Below the pieces are notes generated by a model, which saw nothing but the letters and a program-made list of their open reading frames with translations, was not told where the DNA came from and made no database searches. Below, one piece after another: positions 55,119 through 64,000 of a stretch of DNA of 64,000 nt. The position numbers and the translations under genes are program-made. The stretch's first letter is position 1, and each line of letters opens with the position of its first letter. Origin of the DNA: a virus; the IMG/VR virus record IMGVR_UViG_3300025276_000026, positions 1 through 64,000 of that record, one strand, 5' to 3'.

Positions 55119-56337
55119 TAGTGTTTTCTGAACTTTCTGCATTCAAGTCGATGCCTGCATCAATCTTGGAGTAGAGGTCAAGAATACTGTTTCTAGTTTC
55201 TTCGTCGAACCTAGAGATACACATTGTAATTGACTTGAGTTTGTCATTGAACATTCTGAATGCATTGACAATGTGAACAAGTCTTCTAGTCGTAACAACA
55301 TCGTCGATACCACCTTCGTAATATGTTTTTCTAATGATGTCAGCCCAGTCAACAAGTTTCTCACAGAACTCTGTGTCAACTTCACCAGTAAGACCCATCT
55401 CTTTTGTAAGGATTGTCTTCTCAATTTTCACTGGTGGATATTCTTGTTGCATCGTAATTGCAAACCTTTCCAACATCGCTTCGTTCATGATTTGAGTTCC
55501 AATGAACTTTCCATCGTCTGAACCTTGACCTTTAGTGTTTGCAGTTGCAAGAACTGTAAACCCAGCAGTAGGTGAAACCCACTCACCAGTCTTCTTAATA
55601 AGGTAACCTTTACCTTCTAGAACTGATTGTAGACACATCAACTTGTTAGAACCTAAGTCCACTTCGTCAAGAAGTAACACGGCACCTTTTCTCATTGCTT
55701 TGATAACTGGGCCTTCTCTAAAGATGACGTTACCATTCTGCAAAGTGTGACCACCCATTAGGTCGTCCTCATCGGTCTCGATAGTAATGTTAACTCTGTA
55801 AAGTTCTCTCTTCAATTGAGCACAAGTTTGTTCTATCATTAACGTTTTACCATTACCACTCAGACCAGTAACGAATACTGGAAAGAACAATTTGGATTTG
55901 ATAATGTTCTTGACATCTTTGAAATGTCCGAAAGGAACATAGTTAGACATAATCTCGGGGATGATTTTAACACCATCGTCGAGTAGATTGACTGACTCTG
56001 TTTGAGCTGCAACTGGCATATTACTTGGGGAAGCAATTGATGTAATTGGAGCAGCCTTTGTAGAAACTGCAACTGGAACATCATCTGAATACCCACCGTT
56101 ATAACCAGTGATAACTGCTTGAAGGTTGTACAACAAAGGCCCAGTCTCTTGGGTTTCTTTGAAGTCATACTTCGAGGATTTTATCCATGAAGGGAAATAT
56201 CCATCAAAGGCATCTTTGATTTCTTTCCTTCCAAAGGAAGTTTGGTTAGGGAATTTCGTAACGAGTTCTCCCAAAAACTCAGCCCTGTCGGGTGTGTAAG
56301 AAAATTTCTTACCGTTAACATCAATTGAATTTGTCAT
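55099..56337 (-). CDS. CobS-like / MoxR-type AAA+ ATPase
   Basis: TGLSGNGKT, ETDEDDL, LLLDEVD, TANTKGQG, LERF, TTRRL; start MTNSI after AAGGAG. Confidence 0.92.
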   Translation of the reverse strand: MTNSIDVNGKKFSYTPDRAEFLGELVTKFPNQTSFGRKEIKDAFDGYFPSWIKSSKYDFKETQETGPLLYNLQAVITGYNGGYSDDVPVAVSTKAAPITSIASPSNMPVAAQTESVNLLDDGVKIIPEIMSNYVPFGHFKDVKNIIKSKLFFPVFVTGLSGNGKTLMIEQTCAQLKRELYRVNITIETDEDDLMGGHTLQNGNVIFREGPVIKAMRKGAVLLLDEVDLGSNKLMCLQSVLEGKGYLIKKTGEWVSPTAGFTVLATANTKGQGSDDGKFIGTQIMNEAMLERFAITMQQEYPPVKIEKTILTKEMGLTGEVDTEFCEKLVDWADIIRKTYYEGGIDDVVTTRRLVHIVNAFRMFNDKLKSITMCISRFDEETRNSILDLYSKIDAGIDLNAESSENTIDQSDY

Positions 56338-56377
56338 ATAGTCTCCTTGTCTTTCAATTTGTTTTCTCATCATGTAT

Positions 56378-56407
56378 ATAATAACAAAAAGCTGGGGGCA
56401 TTGTCAA
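56378..56407 (-). promoter_or_regulatory. early promoter
   Basis: GCCTTGACAATGC; TTGACA-N18-TATTAT. Confidence 0.75.
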
Positions 56408-56409
56408 GG

Positions 56410-56682
56410 CTACTTTAGCGACTCGAATCTAGTTCCCATTTTCTCTAAGCATTTCACAACGCCCTTCTTGTTTCTTTCGGTCAAATAGTTCTCACCTTTG
56501 TTGACCCATATTCTGAATGCAAAGCATTCCTTTTCTTCAGACTTACATTCTTGTATCTTTGGACAATCATGGAATGTACATGGGGCAGGCCCAACATCCA
56601 TAACTGCATCTGCAAATTTGGAATAGTCTGATTGGTGGTTTATGTAATACGCCTCGTCTACTCTAAGTGGGTCTCTATTCAT
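56410..56682 (-). CDS. Cys-rich hypothetical protein
   Basis: PC...C....EC....ECFAF..WV. Confidence 0.7.
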   Translation of the reverse strand: MNRDPLRVDEAYYINHQSDYSKFADAVMDVGPAPCTFHDCPKIQECKSEEKECFAFRIWVNKGENYLTERNKKGVVKCLEKMGTRFESLK

Positions 56683-59051
56683 TATGATATCTCCTTGATA
56701 AATTCATTTGTTAAAAATCTTGATGTAGTTTTTGCTCTCTGATTTCTTTTGAAAGCTGCCATGACTTTTGACTTCTTGGCATCGAACAATTCGTCGGACA
56801 GTTCGTCTGAACCTTCAGCCGATAACGATGAGGTTGCAGTCAAGAATAATTTTCCGTATCCGTGAGCCTCAACAACCAATCCGTTTTTTCTAATCTCCAT
56901 CCAAAGAGCTCTGTCGTTATGGTAAACTGTATCTTTATGTTCTGTGTATTGCATGATGTCCATCATGTCTGCTTTCTTGTCTAGGCAGAAGTAACCAGTG
57001 ACAGTAACGTTACAAGTTTTTGACAACCAAGACAAAAGGTTCTGAGTCTTTTTGAAGTCATTGCTGTATCTTGCACTGTATCTGTTACTTCTCTGAATTT
57101 CTTGATAAGGAAATACTTTGTTATCGTAAGGGTCAATGATTTCTGTCATCTCATTCATATCCCAAGAATCTATTCCTTGTGCTTTTGCCCAGTCGTATTT
57201 CTCATCTCTATCCCCATCATTAAGAAGTGGAGAAGAGTGTGAGTAACCATCTGTGATAACTGTTAAGATTGACTTCTCGATACTGTATGCAGTGTTGAAC
57301 TCAGGCAGTAACTTTCTCATTGCAACTAAACAATGGTTCAGAGGAGTGCCACCTAATCTGTAATTGACAGGTCTGCAACCAGTGTTGAAGTGAACGTAGT
57401 ACTCATTCTCGTCAAGTAGTAACTCAGAGTCATTGTAAAACTCATTATGTTTTGCAATAGTCTTCTCAGAACTTCTCCATCCAAACTTTCCTAGGAAGTG
57501 ATTGTTCCAAAGAGCTGCAACGTTCTTCATCATCTTTGTATATTTTTTGTTGTTCATTTCGTTAGAGAATATTTCTACAAGGTTTCCTGCGTCGGTACCG
57601 TAAGTGTATTCTTCTTCCGCTGCATATGCATCTGAGAACAAGTAGATTCTGTGAGGGATGTTAGTCGCTCTACAGAATTCTGAAAGGATAATTGTTTGTT
57701 CTAATAAGTCAGCACAACTGTTACCAATTGAACCACTCCAATCAAGTAAAACATTCACACCATGATTTTGTCCATCTGGCAAGTAAGTAACTCTTTTGAA
57801 AACGTCATCGACGATTTGATACTTTGCAAGTTTGTTCATGTCTAACTTTCCAGTTTTACCACTGAAAGCTTTAACACTTCTCATTGCAGTCTGTCTCATT
57901 TCAAATTCTTTTGCCATGTGCATAACAAGTTTCTTGTTCTTGTCTCTAAGTTTCTTAGAAGTGAACTCTGCTCTGTAATCTGATTTCGACTTGTTTTCTT
58001 TGACCCAAAAAGTATCCCAGTCAGCAAGAACTTTATCATGACCGATAACTAAATCAACATTTGATTTCTTTTTGAAAACTTCTCTTAAGTTTATTTGAGT
58101 TCTCCATGTTGGAGTGTCTTCTTGAAACATCTCTTCATTGTTATGTGCATTATGTTCAGTGATTGATTCCCTTGCTCCTTGAGCATCGTCGAAGTCTTCG
58201 GCAGTACCTTGACTACCCTCTTTACCACCAGTAGATTTTCTACCTTCTTCTTCTGACTCGTCATCGTCTTCATCGGTGTCATCTGAATCATCACCACCGT
58301 CACCGTACTCGGGTGCTTCTGGCAGGTTGTCTTCACTATCGTCTTCGTCTTCTTCTTCTGAGTCTGAAGTATCATCGTTCCACTCTTCAGAACCAGTTGA
58401 CTCGTCACCTTCTTCTTGGTCTTCGTCGTCGTCTCCCTCGGAAGGAATGTAAGTCTGAGGAACTAATGCTTCGTCGTCTTCAGTTCTTGTCTCGTTTTCT
58501 TTAGACCACTCATAGATAGCAGTTGCACAAACCACAACGTCTTCCCAAGTCTGACAAGCTTCTGCCATGTCTAGGAATACTTGTTCTTCTTTTGTTAGGT
58601 TGATTGTAATTCTTGAACCACACTTAGTAATAAGATTAATCTTATCAATTATTGAAAGTTCCTGTAAGTCTCTTTTTGCAATTCCGAAGAAGTCCTTTTC
58701 CATCAACTCATTGTATGCAGTGTAGAAAGATTTTCTTAGTCCTTGAAATTTTAGTTTGATTGCTTTCTCAATTCTGACATCCTCAACAACGTTAAGGTAA
58801 CCTTTAAGAGTTTTGTTTTTAGTCAATGCATTATGAAGACCCTCGTAAGGTGTGTTCAATGCATGACCAACTTCGTGACCCATGAACAAGTCATAAAGTT
58901 CATTACTAATTCCTTCTTTGAAAGTAGGACAAGCAAGTATCCTATTCTTGACATCGAAGTATGCAGTAGGTATTGGTTTGTGAACAATAGTAATGTTCTC
59001 AGTCGCCATTAACTTTGCAAGTTGGTCTTTTTGGTTTCTAGTATTTGTCAT
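56682..59051 (-). CDS. CobT-like protein: N-terminal HExxH metallopeptidase-like domain, acidic linker, VWA domain
   Basis: HEVGHAL, NVVEDVRIE, Asp/Glu-rich tract, LLDWSGS (MIDAS), GGTPL, ITDG. Confidence 0.88.
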   Translation of the reverse strand: MTNTRNQKDQLAKLMATENITIVHKPIPTAYFDVKNRILACPTFKEGISNELYDLFMGHEVGHALNTPYEGLHNALTKNKTLKGYLNVVEDVRIEKAIKLKFQGLRKSFYTAYNELMEKDFFGIAKRDLQELSIIDKINLITKCGSRITINLTKEEQVFLDMAEACQTWEDVVVCATAIYEWSKENETRTEDDEALVPQTYIPSEGDDDEDQEEGDESTGSEEWNDDTSDSEEEDEDDSEDNLPEAPEYGDGGDDSDDTDEDDDESEEEGRKSTGGKEGSQGTAEDFDDAQGARESITEHNAHNNEEMFQEDTPTWRTQINLREVFKKKSNVDLVIGHDKVLADWDTFWVKENKSKSDYRAEFTSKKLRDKNKKLVMHMAKEFEMRQTAMRSVKAFSGKTGKLDMNKLAKYQIVDDVFKRVTYLPDGQNHGVNVLLDWSGSIGNSCADLLEQTIILSEFCRATNIPHRIYLFSDAYAAEEEYTYGTDAGNLVEIFSNEMNNKKYTKMMKNVAALWNNHFLGKFGWRSSEKTIAKHNEFYNDSELLLDENEYYVHFNTGCRPVNYRLGGTPLNHCLVAMRKLLPEFNTAYSIEKSILTVITDGYSHSSPLLNDGDRDEKYDWAKAQGIDSWDMNEMTEIIDPYDNKVFPYQEIQRSNRYSARYSNDFKKTQNLLSWLSKTCNVTVTGYFCLDKKADMMDIMQYTEHKDTVYHNDRALWMEIRKNGLVVEAHGYGKLFLTATSSLSAEGSDELSDELFDAKKSKVMAAFKRNQRAKTTSRFLTNEFIKEIS

Positions 59052-59079
59052 AATTAATTTGTTTCCCGATTCAGACTAT

Positions 59080-59109
59080 AGTATATCAAAATAGCTGATG
59101 CATTGTCAA
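59080..59109 (-). promoter_or_regulatory. early promoter
   Basis: GCCTTGACAATGC; TTGACA-N18-TATACT. Confidence 0.78.
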
Positions 59110-59112
59110 GGC

Positions 59113-59295
59113 TTAGATTGTAATAAATTTTCGTCTTGATTTTGAGAATTGTTTCATTGGAGACTTGAAGATGATTTCTTCAGTGGTTCCTTGTTTGATA
59201 TAACCAACTAACTGTAAAGCTTTGTTTACTATGTAAGTGTGGTTCTTGCATGGGTATTCACCCCAATCTGTAATCTCTTTTAAATAAGTATTCAT
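59113..59295 (-). CDS. small hypothetical protein
   Basis: LKEITDW...NHTY...FSKSRRKF. Confidence 0.75.
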   Translation of the reverse strand: MNTYLKEITDWGEYPCKNHTYIVNKALQLVGYIKQGTTEEIIFKSPMKQFSKSRRKFITI

Positions 59296-59459
59296 TATAC
59301 AGTATCCAAATGTGTTCTAAGTTGATTGAAATATACCTTTCCAATATTTGGATAATTCATAACCTGTCTATAGTGTTGAACAATATTTTCCTTAGTAAGT
59401 TTGACACCAAGGTCACTTTCAATCCAAGACAATACTATTAAGAATTTTTGATGTTTCAT
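59295..59459 (-). CDS. 54-aa hypothetical protein
   Basis: hand-read frame MKHQKFLIVLSWIESDLG...; TAATG coupling at both ends. Confidence 0.6.
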   Translation of the reverse strand: MKHQKFLIVLSWIESDLGVKLTKENIVQHYRQVMNYPNIGKVYFNQLRTHLDTV

Positions 59460-59755
59460 TATGCAGCGACCTTTAAGTAGGTAGTGTATGATTCGTAGTG
59501 ACCACTTGTTCCGATTGCAGAGTTGTCACATCCTCTTCCGTCTGTCCACATTTCTAACTCGATGTTATCATATGAAGTTGAAGGGATTAACACTTTAGGA
59601 TATTTTTGTTTAAGGTTCCAATCATACTCGTGGTTGATTGATGTAATCTTGACGACTAGATGGTCGTCATGAATTTCTTTGAGGTAACCATTGTAGTAGT
59701 CACCGTTCTGTTTCCACTGTACTTGTTCGTACTCTTCTAACCACTCATCCCACAT
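59459..59755 (-). CDS. hypothetical early protein (start MWDEW)
   Basis: SD AGGAG; TAATG coupling. Confidence 0.65.
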   Translation of the reverse strand: MWDEWLEEYEQVQWKQNGDYYNGYLKEIHDDHLVVKITSINHEYDWNLKQKYPKVLIPSTSYDNIELEMWTDGRGCDNSAIGTSGHYESYTTYLKVAA

Positions 59756-59880
59756 TATGACTGACTCCTTAAAAGTGCAGTTGCATATTCCGTCATGGAA
59801 ACACCCTCGGCACCAGTGTACTTTGATAACTTGCTGATGTTTACAGCAGTAAGTTTCATACAGATTTCTTGAATAGTCAT
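59755..59880 (-). CDS. 41-aa early peptide (start MTIQE)
   Basis: SD GAGG downstream of an early promoter. Confidence 0.6.
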   Translation of the reverse strand: MTIQEICMKLTAVNISKLSKYTGAEGVSMTEYATALLRSQS

Positions 59881-59913
59881 ATTTGTTCCTCTTTGATTTT
59901 TCATTATATACAT

Positions 59914-59943
59914 AGTATAACAAAAAGCCAGAGGCATCGTCAA
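59914..59943 (-). promoter_or_regulatory. early promoter
   Basis: GCCTTGACGATGC; TTGACG-N18-TATACT. Confidence 0.72.
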
Positions 59944-59950
59944 GGCATGA

Positions 59951-60619
59951 TTAGCGAAGGATGTGGGAGTTTCTTTCTCGGATTTGGTGTTGGTTTTCGT
60001 CTAGGTTTAGACGTTCGTCGACTAGGATTCTGTCCTCGATATCTGTGAACCACATTGAAATGGTGTGTCTCGAGCCCCTTCTCACAGTTTGTACGCCATG
60101 TTCAAGGTATAGACCTTGGAATAGAAGACCCCCAGCGGTCTCTATGGGATGCTCATGGCCTATTGGGAAGGTGTCACTGGGTGGAAAATAAGTTGTTCCA
60201 CCACGGAAATTGTCGTTTAAATAAAGGATGCACGTCCATTCTCTAGAGTTTCCTTTCTCGGGAACTGCATTTTCATTAATCTCTGAATTAGAATAGGTAT
60301 CGTAGTGTGGTTTTTGTACTCCACCAATTTCCCATTCGTTAAGTGCAATCATTTCGGGATAGAAATGTTGTCCTGTTTCTTTGTATATTTCGGATGTACA
60401 TTGCTGAGCTGCACGTCTAATACAATCACGAACCCATGGGGTTTTTATGTGAACGTAATCAATAGCACGGTAATCTGTACCGTCACCAATTGTTCTTAGA
60501 TGTTTATGCTTTAGATGATACGTTATCAGACTCTTGCAGTCTTGTGGACTCAACATGTTCTGAAGACTTATCGGCTGATACACTTTGGATGTATTTGGCA
60601 AGTGCTTGTCGTTTCTCAT
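59951..60619 (-). CDS. 2OG-Fe(II) oxygenase (P4H-like); true start possibly 60556
   Basis: QKPHYD, ILYLNDNFRGG, EHGV..VRRGSRHTISMW. Confidence 0.88.
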   Translation of the reverse strand: MRNDKHLPNTSKVYQPISLQNMLSPQDCKSLITYHLKHKHLRTIGDGTDYRAIDYVHIKTPWVRDCIRRAAQQCTSEIYKETGQHFYPEMIALNEWEIGGVQKPHYDTYSNSEINENAVPEKGNSREWTCILYLNDNFRGGTTYFPPSDTFPIGHEHPIETAGGLLFQGLYLEHGVQTVRRGSRHTISMWFTDIEDRILVDERLNLDENQHQIRERNSHILR

Positions 60620-61118
60620 ACTCTATTCTCTTAGCTTTTTCTTTAGGTCGTGATTTCAATGCACGGTCTAGTTTCAATTTTGAAGCACGTTGTAAAAAGA
60701 TGATACCATTAAGATGGTCAACTTCATGTTGAACACATCTTGATGCGAGTCCATCTAGACTTATAACTATTTCTTCACCTTGTGCAGTCTGATATTTTAG
60801 TTCTATCATCTTTGCACGTTTAATCATAAGGTACATATCGGGGAACGATAAGCAACCTTCTTTCATCAAATCTGTTTCTTGGGATATCTTTGTTATCTCG
60901 GGATTAAAGAAACATACATTTCCTTGGTCTTGAGATTTCATTACAAAGACTCTTGCATCCAGTCCTACTTGGTTTGCACTCAAACCTATTCCACCGAATC
61001 TACCCATTGCATCTGACAATGCTTTTTCTATTTCTTCTGCATCCGTTCTTTTTTCAAAGTCGAAAGTTTGTGGTGGGGTTCTTAAAACCTTTGAGGCTTC
61101 TTCTATCAATTGATACAT
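60504..61118 (-). CDS. def: peptide deformylase
   Basis: GIGLSANQVG, EGCLSFP, QHEVDHLNG. Confidence 0.96.
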   Translation of the reverse strand: MYQLIEEASKVLRTPPQTFDFEKRTDAEEIEKALSDAMGRFGGIGLSANQVGLDARVFVMKSQDQGNVCFFNPEITKISQETDLMKEGCLSFPDMYLMIKRAKMIELKYQTAQGEEIVISLDGLASRCVQHEVDHLNGIIFLQRASKLKLDRALKSRPKEKAKRIEYEKRQALAKYIQSVSADKSSEHVESTRLQESDNVSSKA

Positions 61119-61120
61119 AT

Positions 61121-62464
61121 TTATTTCTTAAGTAGACCGTTATATTTAACGGCAAGGTTATAATATTGCCCGAGTTTCTTAAGTCCAGCATGTCCTGCCT
61201 TGTTAGTCCTCACTGACATCTGCATGGTATACGTTGTATCTTTCGATGCAAGATGTATAAACCAATTTTGTTTTGATGATTTAGAAGCTTCTGCTTTAAT
61301 GAACTTAACTACTGGTAAAAATACTCCGAGTTCATCATCATCTGTAACCTGCTCATACGTGGAACCAATTCCTTTAATAACTTTGGTTGGAACGCCTGGG
61401 GCTTCACGTAAAATTTCTTTCTTTATATAGTCAAATGATTTGCCACCTTGTTTCCCATTCTTATTGAATAGGTCTATCAGTGATTGACGGACTATCTCTA
61501 GTACTTGATTGTAGTACTCTTCATATTGTTTGTTGTTATTTTTATCTAAGTCCTTTAGAACTTGTTGTGTAGTCTTTCTATCTTTACTATCATACGTTGC
61601 AGAAGAAGGCATACCTTCAATCTTTGAGTATACTTTCTTATGTAAGTCTAGTGATAGTTTCTTAACATCTTTACCACTTGAAAATGCTTGGAATACTGGA
61701 TTCACATATGTGTTAAGTTTTGGTTCTGAAGTTTTCTTACCACCTGCTTTAAGAGAGGTTCCTAAGAGAGCTCCATCTGTAAATTGTAAAAAGATATCGC
61801 CTGGATGTTTGGGTGGGACTCCAGCTGGTTTTGCACGGTACCCCCAAAAGACACTCTTGATTGATTTTTCTTTCATCTCATCATAGATATACTTTGTAAT
61901 ACCTATTGCATTCTCAACCTTCTCTGTAAACTTGGATGACTCTTCTGCTTGTGCAATGAAATCTTTTGCTGATTGTTTGTCTGAAGCACCAACACATTTT
62001 AACTTGTCAACGTCCTGTGTAAGTATCCACTCATAGAATGATGGTACCGACTTAGGTTTGTAACGTTTTTCCCATGCAATGCAAGGGAAGAGTTCTGTGA
62101 TACTTGAATTCAGTGTTGTCTCATTCATGCCACCACTCTTGGGTTTAAACATGATGATTGCACGGTCTCCATTCAATGATGGGATAAAGATAGGGTCAAA
62201 ACTTGATAGAGAACTTCCTTTAACTTCTGCAGTAATATCTGCATTCCTTAATTTCTTTTCCATCTCATCTCTATCAGCATCTCTGTCCTGTGTCTTAACA
62301 ACAAAAACTGTAGTCTTAGTATTAGATTTCTTATGCTTCTCAATCGTCAACCCATCTATTACTTCCGAAGGTAGGTCATTGACTTCTAATGCTTCGTCGA
62401 GTGAAGGAATATCTAGTCTGATATCCTCAAGTTTGGGGTCGAGTAATTCGTTGAATGATTTCAT
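61121..62464 (-). CDS. probable virion-packaged protein with PD-(D/E)xK nuclease-like motif
   Basis: MKSFNE N-terminus, late-type ATAAATA upstream; TELFPC, HPGDIFL...GTSLK. Confidence 0.55.
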   Translation of the reverse strand: MKSFNELLDPKLEDIRLDIPSLDEALEVNDLPSEVIDGLTIEKHKKSNTKTTVFVVKTQDRDADRDEMEKKLRNADITAEVKGSSLSSFDPIFIPSLNGDRAIIMFKPKSGGMNETTLNSSITELFPCIAWEKRYKPKSVPSFYEWILTQDVDKLKCVGASDKQSAKDFIAQAEESSKFTEKVENAIGITKYIYDEMKEKSIKSVFWGYRAKPAGVPPKHPGDIFLQFTDGALLGTSLKAGGKKTSEPKLNTYVNPVFQAFSSGKDVKKLSLDLHKKVYSKIEGMPSSATYDSKDRKTTQQVLKDLDKNNNKQYEEYYNQVLEIVRQSLIDLFNKNGKQGGKSFDYIKKEILREAPGVPTKVIKGIGSTYEQVTDDDELGVFLPVVKFIKAEASKSSKQNWFIHLASKDTTYTMQMSVRTNKAGHAGLKKLGQYYNLAVKYNGLLKK

Positions 62465-62477
62465 AATACTATTTATC

Positions 62478-64000
62478 CTATTCTGCTAGTCTAGAGAAGT
62501 TTTTGTACTTCTCAAATCTTAACACATTACTGAACTTATCATATAATGTATCTCCTTTATGACTAATGATAAATGCATTTACTCCATCTGTCAAGGTGTT
62601 TAACAGCTTTAAAAATTCATCTGTACCTGTAACGTCTAGAGATGAGTCAAATACTTCATCTAAAATAAGTAGATTAGTGTTCACACTGTTCTTCATTCTT
62701 GCAACACTTCTCCATGTGAATAGTAGTGCAAGGTCGATTCTCATCTTCTCACCTTGAGAAAAGTTTTCGTATTTGAATACGTCACGGAATCTTGATTTAA
62801 TTGTTTCATCGAATGATTCGTCCAATTCAAACCCAACATAGAACTCAAGTTGTGCTAGATACTTATTAATAAGCTTGTTCATGATAGGAACGTACTGTTT
62901 AATAATCTTCTCTTTAACACCTTGGTCTCTGAGAAGCATGGTTGCAATCTCATAGTAATGTGTTTTGTCTATTAAGGATTTGTTTTTGGTGTGTAGGATA
63001 TCTAATTGGTCTTCACCTTCAGTAATTCTTTCATGTACGTCTGAACCACCAGTGGTCTCTACCTTTAAGGTTTCTATCTCTTCACTAATCTTTTGAATGT
63101 ACTTTTGATTAGATAGAATTTCAGTTTGATGTAACCCTACTTGTCTTTGTATTTGGTCGATGCCGTGTTGGATGTCACAGATTTCAATGATACGGTTTGA
63201 ACAATTCCATAATCCTTCTTCAATCTGTTTGAGCGCAGAAGCAATCTCCGTTGCCTTCGTACTCTTTGATTTGAGATGTTCTTTCTTATGTTCCTCATCT
63301 AACCCCTGTTTGCATGTTGGACATTCGTCGTTCTCTTCATAAAACTCAACTTCTTTCAATGCTTTATTACGTGCATTCGTGAGTTGCTTTTCCACATCTT
63401 GTAAGTCTTTCAACTTCTTATTGATGGAATCTCTATCAGAAATTGTCAACTGAATAGTATTAATTTCTGTGGTATTACTATCTATGACTTCTAAAAGCTC
63501 ACCGATATTTTTATTGGTATCAATAATGGTTTCTTGGAACTGGGTAATCTTTTGCATTCTATTCTCAGTCATCACTTTAACTTGTTCGTTTAAGCCACTG
63601 AGTCTTTCTTCTAGAATTTCAACTTGATGTTGGGTATCCTTCAAGTCAATTTGATGAGCAGCTTTCTTCTTACGAAGTAGTTGCATCATGGTTGTAAAGA
63701 TGTTTATATCAAGTAAGTCTTCTACCAGTTTCCTTCTATCCTTTGCTCTCAATTGCATAAAGGGTGTGAAGTTGGCAGAACCTAGGATTGCAACCTGTGT
63801 AAATGAGCGATAAGACATCTTTAGAATGTTACGTTCTAGATGGTCTTGGTAGTCTCTTACTGTTGCATCTTGGTTTACAAATACGTCATCGACATACAGT
63901 TCAAAGATGTTTGGTTTGATACCACGGATTATTTTGTATTCTCTTTTACCAATATAAAAGAACACCTCAACGACCATAGCTTTCTCGTTGATACTATTAA
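62478..64000 (-). CDS. gp46: recombination endonuclease subunit (T4 gp46 / SbcC-like), 5' end outside window
   Basis: SFTQVAILG, CPTC zinc hook, FSQGEKMRIDLAL, LILDEVFDSSLD, ISHK. Confidence 0.96.
   Translation of the reverse strand, partial: NSINEKAMVVEVFFYIGKREYKIIRGIKPNIFELYVDDVFVNQDATVRDYQDHLERNILKMSYRSFTQVAILGSANFTPFMQLRAKDRRKLVEDLLDINIFTTMMQLLRKKKAAHQIDLKDTQHQVEILEERLSGLNEQVKVMTENRMQKITQFQETIIDTNKNIGELLEVIDSNTTEINTIQLTISDRDSINKKLKDLQDVEKQLTNARNKALKEVEFYEENDECPTCKQGLDEEHKKEHLKSKSTKATEIASALKQIEEGLWNCSNRIIEICDIQHGIDQIQRQVGLHQTEILSNQKYIQKISEEIETLKVETTGGSDVHERITEGEDQLDILHTKNKSLIDKTHYYEIATMLLRDQGVKEKIIKQYVPIMNKLINKYLAQLEFYVGFELDESFDETIKSRFRDVFKYENFSQGEKMRIDLALLFTWRSVARMKNSVNTNLLILDEVFDSSLDVTGTDEFLKLLNTLTDGVNAFIISHKGDTLYDKFSNVLRFEKYKNFSRLAE

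Noticed and set aside
58200-58480. Low-complexity (tcg/tct/tca) repeat tract
   Set aside because: It simply encodes the Asp/Glu-rich linker of the CobT-like protein.
529-63342. Many plus-strand ORFs in the six-frame track (e.g. 20729..21388, 36272..36730, 47713..48132)
   Set aside because: They are antisense shadows of well-supported minus-strand genes and lack recognisable motifs.
1-64000. Stop-codon reassignment
   Set aside because: Core genes are full length in the standard code, TAA, TAG and TGA all end genes, and no suppressor tRNA was seen.
1-64000. CRISPR array, transposase or integrase
   Set aside because: No spaced direct repeats or recognisable mobile-element proteins were seen; the recurring GCCTTGACA motif is a promoter.

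Overview
A 64-kb segment of a large T4-like myovirus genome, most likely a marine phage of a proteobacterium. The host inference rests on a sigma32 promoter, spanins, an IscU scaffold and a TorF porin. Nearly all genes lie on the minus strand. The window holds the T4 core replication set (gp46 partial, gp45, gp44, gp62, RegA, gp43, UvsX, gp41, gp61, NrdA/NrdB, glutaredoxin), three tRNAs (Ala-UGC, Arg-UCU, Thr-UGU) and lysis genes (endolysin, i/o-spanin pair). It also has about 11 2OG-Fe(II) oxygenases, a block of probable virion-internal proteins and host-type auxiliary genes (IscU, peroxiredoxin, Hsp20, peptide deformylase, CobS/CobT-like pair). Three items stand out. (1) An apparently late-expressed operon joins curli (type VIII) secretion genes (CsgF, CsgG, two curlin-like subunits) to a FecR protein and an intact CHASE2 adenylate cyclase, a possible phage-encoded trans-envelope cAMP signalling system. 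(2) A C5-cytosine methyltransferase + TET/JBP dioxygenase + P-loop kinase cluster is accompanied by a window-wide signature: no GATC was found, and CCWGR/CCGG were seen only next to a GpC, consistent with GpC modification shielding restriction sites. (3) There are several cis-regulatory elements: a sigma32 + late promoter + ROSE-like thermometer before hsp20, a two-state structured leader before gp44, a structured leader before a 39-aa peptide, and apparently leaderless replication genes. All calls are from reading motifs by eye; no database searches were run.
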